Program-made: the position numbers and the translations under genes | Source: Octopus vulgaris | Lineage: Eukaryota | Assembly (NCBI GenBank): GCA_951406725.2 | Contig: OX597814.1 | Coordinates: forward strand, 43,400,001-43,464,000 | Length of the DNA: 64,000 nucleotides | Reading direction: 5' to 3' | The notes under the pieces: generated by a model | Database searches by the model: none | What the model saw: only the letters and a program-made list of their open reading frames with translations | Told to the model about the DNA's origin: nothing | Shown here: positions 38,890 through 51,805 of the stretch, piece after piece | Layout of the letters: the number at the start of each line of letters is the position of its first letter | How positions within the stretch are numbered: position 1 is the first letter of the stretch

Positions 38890-41150
38890 AATCCTTTTTG
38901 CCCTTTAGTCATTGGTCGTTAGTCGTCATGTTGTGTGGTGTGATAGAATTGTTGGATTGTGACCTCTTCCGTAGCTTTCTGACTAACTTCCTTTAAAGCT
39001 CTATTATAAGTGTCCTTAAAATGTTCGGCCCTTCCATTCGACGTAGAGTGACACGGTGCTATAGTTTTATATTCTGACGTGAACATCTCGCAAAACTTGT
39101 TAAACTCACAAGATATAAACTGTGTTCCGTTATTAGAGACAATTATATCCGTATACCAAATCTTGCAAACAGCTCATGTAAAACGTTTAATACCGTATAT
39201 GAGGTTGGTCGTTTACACCTCGCGACCTTAGGCCATTTTCTGTAGCTGTCCAGTATTACCAAGTAATAATATCGATTTACCGGGCCTGCAAAATCGATAT
39301 GCAATCACCTCCGGCCCTGGTTCACAGTTTGTAGTAGGTAGTTTCGCTGCCAGCGCACACCTTCTGCAGCGTTTCACCAGGTTTTCAACTTCCTTGTTCA
39401 TGCTTGGCCAGTATACGAAACTTCACATCGGCACTTTCATTCTAAAGACGCCTTAGTGTCCCACATGGAACTCTTTTAGCATGTTATTCTGTAATGTCTG
39501 TGGTATGACCACCCTCTCAGCTTACACTAGCGCAGCATCACATATACAGTACACGCTCATATTTTGGAAGTTCTTTTGCATCAGATCATTCTTTAATTCC
39601 TTTTGTCGACCACAGTTTACTTATTGTCACATTAATGAATTTGTCATTTCTCGGATTTCTTTTCATTTCTTCCAAAGATACTGGTAATTCATGCACGATG
39701 TTACTTATCACTATTTTTGTTTCCGTTCATCGACATCGTTCAATCAATTGACAGCTCCGTTTATGCTATTGCACAAAGTGCTTATTGGTGTATCTGATAA
39801 ATTTAATTTCTCTATACATTCGGTGCCAAATAAATTCATGGATTTTTTCAACACAGAAACATTCACTTTTTTGGTTCGACCATTGAACATTACATTACAA
39901 AGGCATTCTCCCGTGAAATTTAATTTTCCTCCTGTAACACTACGCTAATTTGTTTGAACTACATAGTTTTAGTGTACCCATTTTTTCCCATGTTTTCTCA
40001 TTTATGATTGTGATATCACTTCCTGAAAATAATTGCATTCTCACACTAGTGTTTTCAATTCTCACATTCACGAATTTTCTGTTTGTTCTAGTCATAACCT
40101 TTCCCGCTGACAAATTATTTATATTTTTCTTGTTTGTTCCATTTTCATATCACTCTAGTTTTACAGTGCTGTAAACACCCAGCAAAAGCACTTTGCTTTC
40201 CTTACAGACAATCTGTTTTCAGGTGCATTCCACCACATACCATACATGGGTCTACATCCCGATATTTCTGTTTTTTCTACAACAATTTATTTGTCTTCCG
40301 ACTTTTTTTGCACTGGTCTTATTTGGAAACATTCTTTCCGTTGAATTTCTTTCGTGTCATGTCTTAATTGTAATATCCTGTCACAATCTTCCGACTGTTT
40401 CTGCAATGTCAAATTCTGGTTCATTTCCAGTTTTGATAAAACGTTCGTTCGGATTTCAGCATCCCTTCTCTCTGTCAATCTTTATGCAAAAATCAAACAC
40501 CTGAAAGAGTCTGGAGTAAGAATATCTAGCCTAAATCTCTCTCTGTGTGTAGTGAAGTCTTCATCTTCGCTCTTTTGTATGTTTAAGCATTTCGATAAGA
40601 TATTCAGTAGTGAGATCTTTTTCATTAAACATTTCGAACAAAATGCCAATGGCGTCGGTGAAATTTATGCCGGATGCATTTTATGGTAATATAAAGTTAC
40701 TAAACTCCTCGTGCTCTGCTGTCACTAGTTTTAAGAAAACTAGGCGCATTTTCATTTCGTCCGTCCGATCTTGACATTGTTTTCCAAAATTTTGATGAAA
40801 TCTTTGAAAGTTAGCCTCAAAGATTACTCCTTCTTCGGGCATATTTGAATTCGCTAATAGAATTTGCTACATGGTCAGGTGAAAATATATTCTCCGGTTT
40901 CGTTATCAACTTAGTTGTAGCATTTGCTGCTGTAATCCTTGTAGTTGTTCTCGTTTAACCCAGCTAACAGATCTTCCCAATTTTACGAATTTCGTAAGTT
41001 TCCAGAAGATTATTGTTTCTTTTTCTCGAGATGTTTAATTTTAATTAGCTTATGCTCACCATCTGAATATTATTTAGTTGTTGTTTTCACTGCGCGTAAA
41101 TTTGTTTATCCCAGTCGACAATGTTGTAAATTTTGTTGACAATGTTTGCC
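38890..41150 (-). mobile_element. Ty3/Gypsy LTR retrotransposon internal remnant (gag, protease, integrase)
   Basis: rc reads VYWPSMNKEVENLVKRC..C (HHCC), DFAGPVN..YYLVILDSY.KW, LFARFG..IIVSNNGTQF..EF..F, SNGRAEHFKDT (integrase); gag-like region 40300-40900. Confidence 0.8.
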
Positions 41151-41800
41151 ACTGTTTTATGTCCTTTAATCACGGTTGACACCCTGGCAGATATTGATAT
41201 ATTCCGGAGTCGTCGATAGAATGTTTATATTTGGCACTGTACTACCCTCAGTCGTACAGCGTTATTTATAATGGCTGACTACTACCACTTTTTATCAGGT
41301 GGGGTGCACACTGCCATTATGCAACAAGTACCAAGATCAAACTGAAGGGCTACATGTTTAAGTTTCATAGCATGACATACGCCATCCGTGTCATATGGCT
41401 GGCGATGTGGCTAAGCTATTTATGATATGGTGGGATAGGATATTCAAAGAGAAATTAGGAGAGAACTCCATACGCTTTTGTAATATTGTGGAAAACAACA
41501 GTCTTTGGGCATACATCATATTATCGTCACAAATTGAATATATATTGGCATCTGAATGTTTATTGTTTATGTTTTAAAGCTTCTTTTATTTTCGTAATAT
41601 ACTTATCACCTACAACTTCCAATCTTATGTCCTGTGTCGTCACTGTAGGCCTCCATTTCCAACTAGGTTCATCTTGATCATTTTGATGCCTCTCTCTACT
41701 CTAAATTGTTTTCTTCCTCCTTCCTTTTCTTATTCCCTCTATCTCCCTTCTTTCCTTCATCGTTTTCTATCTATCTCTCACGCCTCTCTTTCTATTTCTT

Positions 41801-41846
<46 letters not shown>

Positions 41847-43559
41847 TCACACGTGAATATCATCCATCTTTCAATTCCTCACGCGACCATATTCCTTTTC
41901 CTGCACGGACGTTTAAACGAGCGGGCGTGTTTCTCTCTCTATCATCCTCTCTCTCTCCCTCCCTCTCTCCTTATCTCCCTATCCCCTCCCCTCCATCTCC
42001 CTCTAACCCTCCCTCTCCCCCACTCTCACTTTCTATATATTCTCTTTCTCGTTCTGTTCTAACGACCAGCCATGTTTGTTTTCGTTTCGTTTCCTCCTAT
42101 GTCTCCACTGCCATTTTTTGTTCCCAACTTTGACCCTCCATACATCCTAAATTTTATTTCAGAATTTATGGGAGCAACTGTCTTTGATGACTCATATTGT
42201 CGTTGAATGCTCGAAATGAAGAGTAGATTAATATCTGTTTACGTATTTATATATATATATGAATTTTATTATAATGTTTATTATATATGTATATATAGTA
42301 GAACTGTTACCATACGTGGTTAACTCATTTAATTATTTATTTTAATCCCTGACAAGTAGTTCTACTATAACTTTTAAGTGTCCTGTACTTATATGAATTC
42401 CCGCCACTAATTAGATAGATTTGGATATTTCACATTTAAAATAGCTAGAAATACCGAAGCTGACTTTTGCTTGTATATCTGAGCAATCCCCGTACTATAG
42501 CGTCGAAAATATAGTAGTTATCAGCCATTCATCTAAAACATTATGTTATTCACCAAAACCTGGTCGCTTAAGAAATTTTTACACTTCAAATTTTGACACC
42601 GGATGTTAATACTATTCAGCCATGGTAAGGACCAATAATAGATGAAGGCTAGAAACAGGTGATCTAGTTCTATATGAATACAATGAGCAAATTCCCTCCC
42701 ACACCTTACTTTTTTTTCCATCTCTTCTCCTTTTCTTTTCTTCTTTGCTTCTCTTCTCTGTTCCTATCTTCATTTACACTAAGACGCGAAAAATGTATGC
42801 GCTACGAGAAGGAAAAGAAAATGTCGTGTAGGTCAGAAAACAAAATGGTAAAAGAGAATGAAGGGTGAAAAAGACAAACGGTGTAAAACCAAACTCTGTT
42901 GAAAATAAAGAGTGAGAGAAGAGCGAGTGAACGAGTCAGCAATCAGAGGAAAAAGGAAAGGGAACTGGGGGACAAAAATGGTCGCGGATCGCATGGTAAT
43001 GGCATGACAGAAAAAAATAATGGAGGGCAGAGACAGAAAGTAACAAGTAGGTAAGTTGGTGAGAGAGGGAAGGAGAGAGTGATGAAGGCAAAAGAAAAAA
43101 GAGAGTGGGAAACGGGAGAGAAAATGTGTGTGCGTTTGTGTGTGTGTATGTGTGTGTGTGCGTGTATGCGTGTGTGTGTGTGAAATGCTGAGATTAATGC
43201 ATCTGGATCTGTGTCGAATTTACCTCGACTTCGTGAAATTTATACTCTTTCAGGAGCGATTATGAGCCATATTGCTATTATGGCATTATTGAAGTTGTTG
43301 TTTGTTGGAGGCAGTTGATGACGACATCAGAGATATATGTTGTTTTATTAATAACAGCAGCGCCAAACGTTTAGGCTTTATTAGGCCAATGAAGTCACAG
43401 AATTAACGATAATTGCGCCAGAAATCAAGTATGGATGTTTCAAGTGAATTTTGAAAATAGTCAAATAGCTTACTTGCTGATCGACATGAATGTGTACAGT
43501 TTGTGTACTATATCCCAGCTATAATTGTATAAAGCTTCTGTTTTATAATTTGTTAGAGT

Positions 43560-44010
43560 TTATTAGGTTCTGGTTTGTATTTTCCAATATACATAGACAT
43601 TTTATTTTTCTATATTTAAGGTTCTACATGGTACATTGGGAAAACTGAGAATTCTGATATATTCATTTTTGCTGCAATTATGATTCTCTAACTCTGCCAA
43701 TTCGCTGCCTAGTAGGTTATTTTTGAAGGATTTTTGTCGAATTTTCCTGTTGAATATTTTGTATAATTTAAGTGCTTCTTTCGTTCCTGGGGTTTGCTTC
43801 AATAATGGAATATTTTGATGGATATTGTTGCATGCTTTGGTGTCTTTTGTTGTATGTTGAGATGTACGTTAGAGCATTTTCTGTATTTTAATAGTTTTCC
43901 TTTCTTTTGTCCTTCGTAATTTTTGAATGCTTATTGCTTTGGTGCGTTCTATTCCTCTATCAATCAATTTTGTTCGGTAGTGTTTTCCAAATGGTATTTG
44001 ATTTCTACAC
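43560..44010 (-). mobile_element. Penelope-like element fragment (thumb/linker)
   Basis: KHYRTKLIDRGIERTKAISIQKLRRTK resembles the PLE post-thumb region; a Cys-containing linker follows. Confidence 0.55.
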
Positions 44011-44689
44011 ATCTGAATACACTGTGACAACAAAGGAAATAGGGAATCCACTATTGTACTTCACATTCTCACACAAAATTACATAAACTAGCATAAAGAG
44101 AAACAATGAAACTATTTCTTTAATGTTAACGTTTCTAATAGAATTCTGTGTTCATATCACATCACATATTCACTGGAAATTATCGTGCCTTTCTTTTTGG
44201 TATAAACTACCCAGTAACCTGATATGCAGACCAACATCTCAAGCGTAATCGCTAGCCTTTCTGTAGCATTTTTAGCAGCTTCAGCTAACCAAATTGCGCT
44301 TAAACTATCAGCAATCTATATAAAAATTTAGGGAAATGTAAGCAAATTTTATAAAGACTCACAGTTAACTGACAACCTTACTTATATTTACACTTCCGGT
44401 GTGCACTGACTGTTTAGTCAGTGATACTCTACACGGGTTTCACGGGAATTTGATCTGATTTTCGGTGGTATCGTGCAAGTTTCTGAGAAAGCGCAAATTA
44501 TGCTGAAATTAGGTGATACAGCACTCCTATCTACAACTCATGGTAAAATATAGTGAGCCGACATTATCTGTGCTTTTTCTAACCAAACGTCTATGTTAGA
44601 TAGTTTCTCAGGACGATTAGCACAGTTTACGACGTTTAAAACAGCACATCCATGGTAAGCTGGAGGTAAAAAAAAATGTGTATGTAAAT

Positions 44690-44690
44690 G

Positions 44691-44776
<86 letters not shown>

Positions 44777-44790
44777 GAGAGAGAGAAAGA
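44690..44790. repeat. (TA)n(GA)n microsatellite
   Basis: Direct reading. Confidence 0.95.
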
Positions 44791-45773
44791 GAGGAGGTAT
44801 AAGATGAATGTGTTAAATAAATAAATTCATCTACCTCCTCTCTTTCTTTGTATTTTATAAATGCACAATGAAATAATCATTGACAATTGGATTTCCTGGA
44901 TTTAAACTGCATTGGATTATACATTATACCCCTCTGCTTTGGTTCATTTGGTTTGTAGCCTCATCCACCAAAAGAACTTTTTATTCAGTACAACTGGTTT
45001 ACGTAAATCCATATATATGTATACTTGTGTATTATTACATAAGTCATTTGTAAATGTTAAAATTCTTTTCTGAAAAACTATCGTAAGGAGGCTCAGAAAT
45101 TGTTAGTATGTAAATGATTTTAGCGTAGTTTTCTAATATATTAACTATGTTATTCTTTAATGGCTTCTCTGGAGCCAATCCACTTAGAAATATTGTAAAT
45201 GAGCGTGCATGCTGATATCAGATTTGAAAGGAAGTCTTACTTTGAAATTTGCTCTGTTGATATTGTCTATCATACGTCATTTACCAGCTAACATCTTGTG
45301 GTATAATTACGTTCATTGTAACCATATTACCCGCATATTACTGCATCTATCTAAAGTATTCTTTTGTGTCTCATATCAAAATGAGCCACACACGTAATAT
45401 TAAAAATGATGTTTAACTGTTTCCTGTTTGTCACAAAAAACGATGTTCCTATTTATAAGCAAGCAAGGAAAGCCGTACTAGTAAATTAAAAATCCACAGT
45501 AGAAACAGATAGTACATATTACATTTTAGCTTGATGCGAGGTGAAGGTAGATATGCCAATAATATTTTCTTTCTTTGCATTTAAAATGACTTCTGTATAA
45601 TTATATTTGCATTACTTATGTTTACTTCTTATGATACTGAAGAATTTCAACGATAATGCATTCAGTGGAATTTGGTATACGTGAGTAGAAATGGAATGTG
45701 TACTATATTTCATCATAATAATTTACGACATCGGGAGTGTCTAAAAACGATATTCGTATTACTTAGAACCCTA

Positions 45774-45870
45774 AAGGCGGTGAGTTGGCAGAATCGATAG
45801 ATCGCTGGACGGAATACTTAGCCGCATTTCGCCCGTTGGTACGTTCTGAGTTCAAATTCTGCCGAGGTAG
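45774..45870 (+). mobile_element. SINE 5' fragment (family of 60052)
   Basis: aaggcggtgag.tggcagaa...acgttctgagttcaaatt..gccgagg. Confidence 0.8.
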
Positions 45871-45977
45871 CAAGCAAGGATCAATGTCAGTACTGGTTCT
45901 ATTTATAACAACACATATGCATATCTGCTTATATGTGTGTGTATGTATATATACTTATAATAATATATATGCAGTTC

Positions 45978-46018
<41 letters not shown>

Positions 46019-46055
46019 TATATATGCGTGTGTGTGTGTGTATACATATATATGT

Positions 46056-46123
<68 letters not shown>

Positions 46124-46127
46124 CATA

Positions 46128-46172
<45 letters not shown>

Positions 46173-46707
46173 ATTCCATCCGACAGTATCAACAGCACTA
46201 AAGTAAGTGTTGCTTGGAAAGAAACATACCTCAGATATTGCCACATTCATTCAATTAAAATTCTAGGATTAAACACTAATATTATTAGTTAAATTACAAG
46301 AAAGCACAACACCCTATGTACAAAAACAGTATCGTTAAATTTATTCTATAAGTAGACCTATAACTCCTAAATTATCTATCTAAATCGCAACCTAGCGCTT
46401 AAAGTCCTTATAGATAGTATTCCTACCAGTCTTCCATAGTTATTAGTTTAAAAGTGAAAGCTTTTATATTGTATTTTATCCGAAACAAAACAAACATGAT
46501 TAACTAATAATATAACTAATTCTAAGTGAATTACACTATTTCATAATCTAAAAGTTAATTAGAAAATTACTATATTACAGATATTCAGAAACAGTATTTT
46601 GGAGTAAAGAGTTTTGACAACCTAACATGGCAGACCTGTTGTGAGATTTAAAAATAGTAATTTCATAATTTATAGATCAGCGCCACCTCTAGCCACATAA
46701 TTATTAT

Positions 46708-46746
46708 GTGCTGATGAAGCGAAATAACCCGGAAATCGCGATACAC
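46708..46746 (+). ncRNA. Hammerhead-like motif next to the permuted PLE
   Basis: GUG-CUGAUGA-(weak stem II)-GAAA-UCGCGA-UA-CAC; an alternative fold uses GCGA/UCGC as stem II. Confidence 0.55.
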
Positions 46747-46869
46747 TGATATTGTTTGAGCTGAGTGAGGATGCTAGATTCCCTTGTTTGAAAATATAAG
46801 CACACAGATTGTGTGGTATAGCCAGCTGAATATGATTCTCCTGAGGCTAAATTATAGCAACATTCGCCC

Positions 46870-48960
46870 TAAACCAGGACTGCCATGTTATGTTGGCAAA
46901 AAACTTTACTCTAAAAGTTAATAATTAAAACACTGCATACCTATTAAATAACTGTTATCCTTACATATTTTAATACACTAAAAATACATTCTTCTACACA
47001 TTTAAGATTTAAGTTTGTATATAGCGTCGAAAAAAATCGTAGACATACTTAATCTTAACCTTCTTTCTTTTAATCAGTCTATCCAGAAAATCCGTAGTTG
47101 ATGTAATACTCCAAAAATAATTCATTCCCGAGCTGTTATAAATTTTATCGTAATATTTTTAAAAAAATATGTTCTAACTACATTTAAAGCATCATTAACT
47201 AATATAGATAGCTGTGTATTTGTCAATTACTAGCTCCTGCTATGAAACTACTTTTAAAAGGAACTTTATGTAGTATAGCAATCCAAATATGTTTAGAGAT
47301 ATTTTTTATCCTTTTCTTCCGCTTCTCAATCACTGAATAGTTCTTCTGTATGTATAAGTCTATTAACTCTCTCATTAACGTTTTCCTGTATAACTTTATG
47401 TTATTAACTTTAAACGTAAATTCTTTATCTACACTTTACAACCATCATACGACCATCATATAATATTTTTTACAAATTACAACAAAATTCCTTGCTGCTT
47501 TTCCATGTAATTTCATTTATATACGCCTTCGCTTGTGGTTTATTCCCTATCCACTTATATTTCTTTATATACTTCAATGCCACATAAGATAATTTTCCAA
47601 CCCAGTTATTGATCTCCACCAATTTAACATTATATTAGAGACTTAATTTCACTATGAAATATTTAATATAACTTTCTTTAAATTATATTTACTAATTTTA
47701 CCTTGTTCTCTATAATTTGTCCCTCTGCTCATATTCTCCCTTAGTTCCTCATTTTAAATAATATCTAAATTTCTTTTATAAAAAAAGCCATATTTTTTAT
47801 AACAAAATTCCGAATTATTACGTTTACGATCTCTAGATATATTTCTTTAAAACTTTTTAGACTTACTTTTGGTAGGAGCTTATTATAATCAAATAAGGTA
47901 CTACTTATCTTCTTAACAAGTGTGTAAGAAATGTTGCCCTTTATATGTCTAACATTTTCCGGCAAACTATTTTTAGTTCTTTTTTATTTCTAATTACATT
48001 ACCTAAGTTAACATCATCAATGAAATTACTAACATATGGTATCTTTAAATATTCAACTTTTACATTATTGGGTTTCACTTTAGTCGCATTTTTAACCTGT
48101 TACAACATCTATACACTAAATAAACAAACTTCAGATAACTATCTATGGCATATATCCATTATTTCTTTACGTTCTCCATCAGAACACTCTCTTGACATTA
48201 CATAAGAACCTTAATATTGTTTCTTTATATATAAATCATTAAGTGTAAACCAATCCAATGAAAGATCCTTTCTAACCTTATTTCTGTTCTAAATACTACG
48301 TCCATGGCTACATTTCCTTCTAACTATTGGTTTGGGAAATATATTCCTCCTGTATCATTATTACTAGAAATGTTCCCTACAGCTAAAATGTTATCATTAA
48401 GGCCTAGAGGATATACGCTACATAACACCTCAGTCCAAAATCACTCTTCTTCTAAAGATTTCTGTCTAATATTATCCACACTGCTATTTATTTGACCAAT
48501 TATTTGAATTTTACAGTTTTCAAACCCTGAGCTATGCTCTCTAAAGTGTTCGTAAATTTTAAGCTAACTACCTAATGTAAATGGTTATCTATGACCATTC
48601 AGATGTTGATGTAATTCCTGAGTAGTTTGCACTACATAGTGTTCATCACATTCATCACAGCTAATCAAATAAATTACTAGCTTTACAACTTAACAGTAAA
48701 TTATTATTAAGAATAAGCTTCTTACCTGTAATCTTACCGCTAAAACCTTTATTGTCTATAACAACTTTATAACATAAACAATTCTTCTAACGACATTTAT
48801 TTAAACGACTATTACAAACAGATGTAGATACATGGTCGTTATTTTCATTATTATAATATTTGTTAAGCCAATTTCTTCTTTACAGTTGTTCTCTTCAGTT
48901 ATCAATAATCTACACTAAACAGCTCAAATTAGAGAGAAGCAACAAGCTGCCAGGAATATT
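46870..48960 (-). mobile_element. Penelope-like element with N-terminal GIY-YIG endonuclease preceding RT (Naiad/Chlamys-type), decayed
   Basis: rc: VIYLISCDECDEHYVVQTTQELHQHLNGHR...YEHF...FWTEVLCSVYPLGLND (48680-48390), then NYFWSITSTTDFLDRL...DFSTLYTNL (RT motif A across a frameshift, about 47130-47010). Confidence 0.78.
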
Positions 48961-49178
48961 TTAATGAGGAGCTACCTCATCCAGTGGGTGTTACCTGCTA
49001 TAATCCTTGTATGAAGGGATTTCCCATTTACACTAGGTTTGCCTGGCTCTCTGGCTTACAGCTCTTCTAAACCTTATAACTGGATGAAAACATGTATGCA
49101 TATACATACATACACCCCCCACCCAACACACATATATATATATATACATATACAGTTACATATATATATATATATATG

Positions 49179-49224
<46 letters not shown>

Positions 49225-49230
<6 letters not shown>

Positions 49231-49445
49231 TAATCCAAACATGAACACACAAAGAGAAAACACAGCAACGCGAGGACGTGGAACAAATATAGTATTATTG
49301 GACGCTCAGGAAGGAAGGGAAGAAGGAGGGTTTAACGTTACGAGCAGAGCTCTTCGTCAGAAACATAGGAGAAGGAAAGATCCAGAGAAGGGAAGACAGA
49401 GGAAAAAAATCGCCAACGGTACACGCGCGATCACATTTTGAATGA
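49225..49445 (-). mobile_element. Short repeat family A with hammerhead motif (49330-49364)
   Basis: rc GUUU-CUGACGA-A-GAGC-UCU-GCUC-GUAA-CGUU-AAAC; the 3' end abuts (TA)n. Confidence 0.8.
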
Positions 49446-49980
49446 CCGAACGGAAATGGGTGGAGAAAGATTGTTTCAAAGACAGGAGAGTGCAAGAGGA
49501 GGTATGTGTGTGTAAGTGTGGATATGTGCGTGCGCGAAGGTCTGTGTGTGCGTGTGTGTGTATGTGTGTATGTGTGCAATCATAAGACGTGTGTGTGCGT
49601 ATGTGTGTGTGGTTGTGGCTGTTAATCTTTGCGTGTTGTAGGGCTTAATATTGTTTAAGGTCAAGGAAGAAGGAATTGGGAGTGGCTCTTTTTATCTCTA
49701 CCCAAGTCAGTAGTAGGTACCCGCTAGTTTGAAGTATGTGTGTGCGTGTATGTACATGCATCGTGTGTGTGTGAATGTGTATTTATGTGTGTGTGCGTGT
49801 GTGTATGCGTAGAGTGTGGGTGTGTGGCGAATAACTGTGCTTTACTTTGTATGTGTGCGTGTGTACTTGTACTTGTATGTGTGTACATATGTATGTATAA
49901 CTGTGTCCGTGTATGTATAATTGTGTGCCGTGTGTATGGGACGTATGTGTGGGTTCATTTGTGTTTGTGTGTGTATGTAT

Positions 49981-50361
49981 GGAGGCGCAATGGCCCAGTG
50001 GTTAGGGCAGCGGACTCGCGGTCGTAGGATCGAGGTTTCGATTCCCAGACCGGGCGTTGTGAGTGTTTATTGAGCGAAAACACCTAAAGCTCCACGATGC
50101 TCCGGCAGGGATGGTGGTGATCCCTGCTCTACTCTTTCACCACAACTTTCTCTCACTCTTACTTCCTGTTTCTGCTGTACCTGTATTTCAAAGGGCCGGT
50201 CTTGTCACTCTCTGTGTCACGCTCAATATCCCCGAGAACTACGTTAAGGATACACGTGTCTCTGGAGCGCTCAGCCACTTACACGTTAATTTCACGAGCA
50301 GGCTGTTCCGTTGATCGGATCAACCGGAACCCTCGTCGTCGTAACCGACGGAGTGCTTCCA
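49981..50361 (+). mobile_element. tRNA-derived SINE, well preserved
   Basis: A box TGGCCCAGTGG and B box GGTTTCGATTCC in a tRNA-like head followed by a non-tRNA body; inserted in a TG-rich microsatellite. Confidence 0.88.
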
Positions 50362-51010
50362 TGTGCGTGCGTGTCATATGTGCGCGCGTGTCGTATGTGC
50401 GTGTAGTTGTGTATGCGTGTACGTGTGCGTTTGTATGTGTGTGTGTAAGCGTATATGGGTGTATATACGTGTATCCGTGGGGTTGTGAGTGTTGGGTGTG
50501 TGCATTCGTGTGTGTGTGTGCGTGCGTATGTGTGCGCATGTTTTTTGTACGTGTATATATATATATAAAGTAGTCGTTGTGAGATTAAGAAGGTTGCTTA
50601 CCAACCAAATGGCTCAGGTTGAGGTCCACAGCATGGCACTTTGGACCAGTCTCTTTTACTATTGTCTTGGGCAGATCAAAAATTTATTTGTGTATCTGGT
50701 GACGGAGACTGAAAAAGAACAGTTGTATATATCTGTGTGAGTATGAGTGTATGTGCATGTGTACATGTGAGTATGTGTTCCCATGTGTGTAAGTGTTTGT
50801 GTGTGGATTTCCCCACCTTCCAATTGACAGCCGGTCTAAGTATGTATATGACTTTCTAACTTTGCGGCACGGTGAAGGAAGACAAAAGAATAAGTGTCAT
50901 GCCTTTAACCAATGTGTACAGGAGTCGATTCTTCCGACTAAACATGTCTGGCGGTGCCCCCAGCATGCATGACTGCTGTGTGCAATATGTGAATATATAT
51001 ATATTGCCTG

Positions 51011-51695
51011 TTGCCGTTTCCTCCCAGCTAGTGATGTCGATGTCACACTTTTTGAGGTTCGTTTTCAGGGAGTCCTTGTAGCGTTTCTTCTGGCCTCATT
51101 TTGTACGCTTGCCGTCTTTGAGTTGGGAGTAGAAGATCTGTTTGGGAAGTCGTTCGTCAGTCATTCTAACCACGTGGCCGCTCCATCTTAGTTGGCCTTT
51201 GATGACATAGGCTTCGATGCTGGTCATTTTTGCTTCTTGTAGCACGCTGACGTTTGTTCTTTTGTCTTCCCAGCTGATGTTAAGGATCTTCCGAAGACAG
51301 CGTTGGTGAAATTTCTCGAGCGTTTTCAGGTGGTGACTATACGGGGTCCAAGTTTCGGATGCATAAAGGAGGGTTGGAATAATGACTGCCCTGTACACCA
51401 TGAGTTTGGTTTCGGTTCGGATGTCCCGATCAGCAAAAAACAGACCACTCTGGAAAACCACCATCCATGAGGGAACGGCGACTTTCGAGTCGAAAAGGTC
51501 TGCAGAGCTGGAGGAGAAAAGACGACGACGGAAGGAGCGCCAACAACAACCACGTGCGACACTCCCTTCCGGCACTAGATGTCCGCACTGCGACCGATCT
51601 TTTCAAGGAAGAATTGATCTTATCGGTCACCTACGGACTCACCAGTAAATTTGCGCGAAGACCATCATCCTCGACCTTGAGGGATTGCCATGATG
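51011..51695. mobile_element. RTE-clade LINE 3' portion with 5' inversion
   Basis: Minus strand about 51437->51011: VYRAVIIPTLLYASETW...QLRWSGHVVRM..RLPKQIFYSQL...WEETA; plus strand from about 51433: AKNRPLWKTTIHEG...CPHCDRSFQGRIDLIGHLRTH. Confidence 0.9.
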
Positions 51696-51805
51696 ATATA
51701 TTGCCTCTACCCTTCCATCTCTTTCACATATTGGACACAGCAGTCATGCTGGGGCACCGCCAGACGTGTTTAGTCGGAAGACTTGACAAACAAAAGTTTG
51801 GATGC

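Noticed and set aside
48390-48800. Selenocysteine (UGA) recoding, reported for some Naiad PLEs
   Set aside because: The Cys codons read here are TGT. The one in-frame TGA is at a non-Cys position among other stops, consistent with decay.
49981-50055. tRNA gene
   Set aside because: A and B boxes are present, but the sequence runs into a multi-copy SINE body without a proper acceptor stem or terminator.
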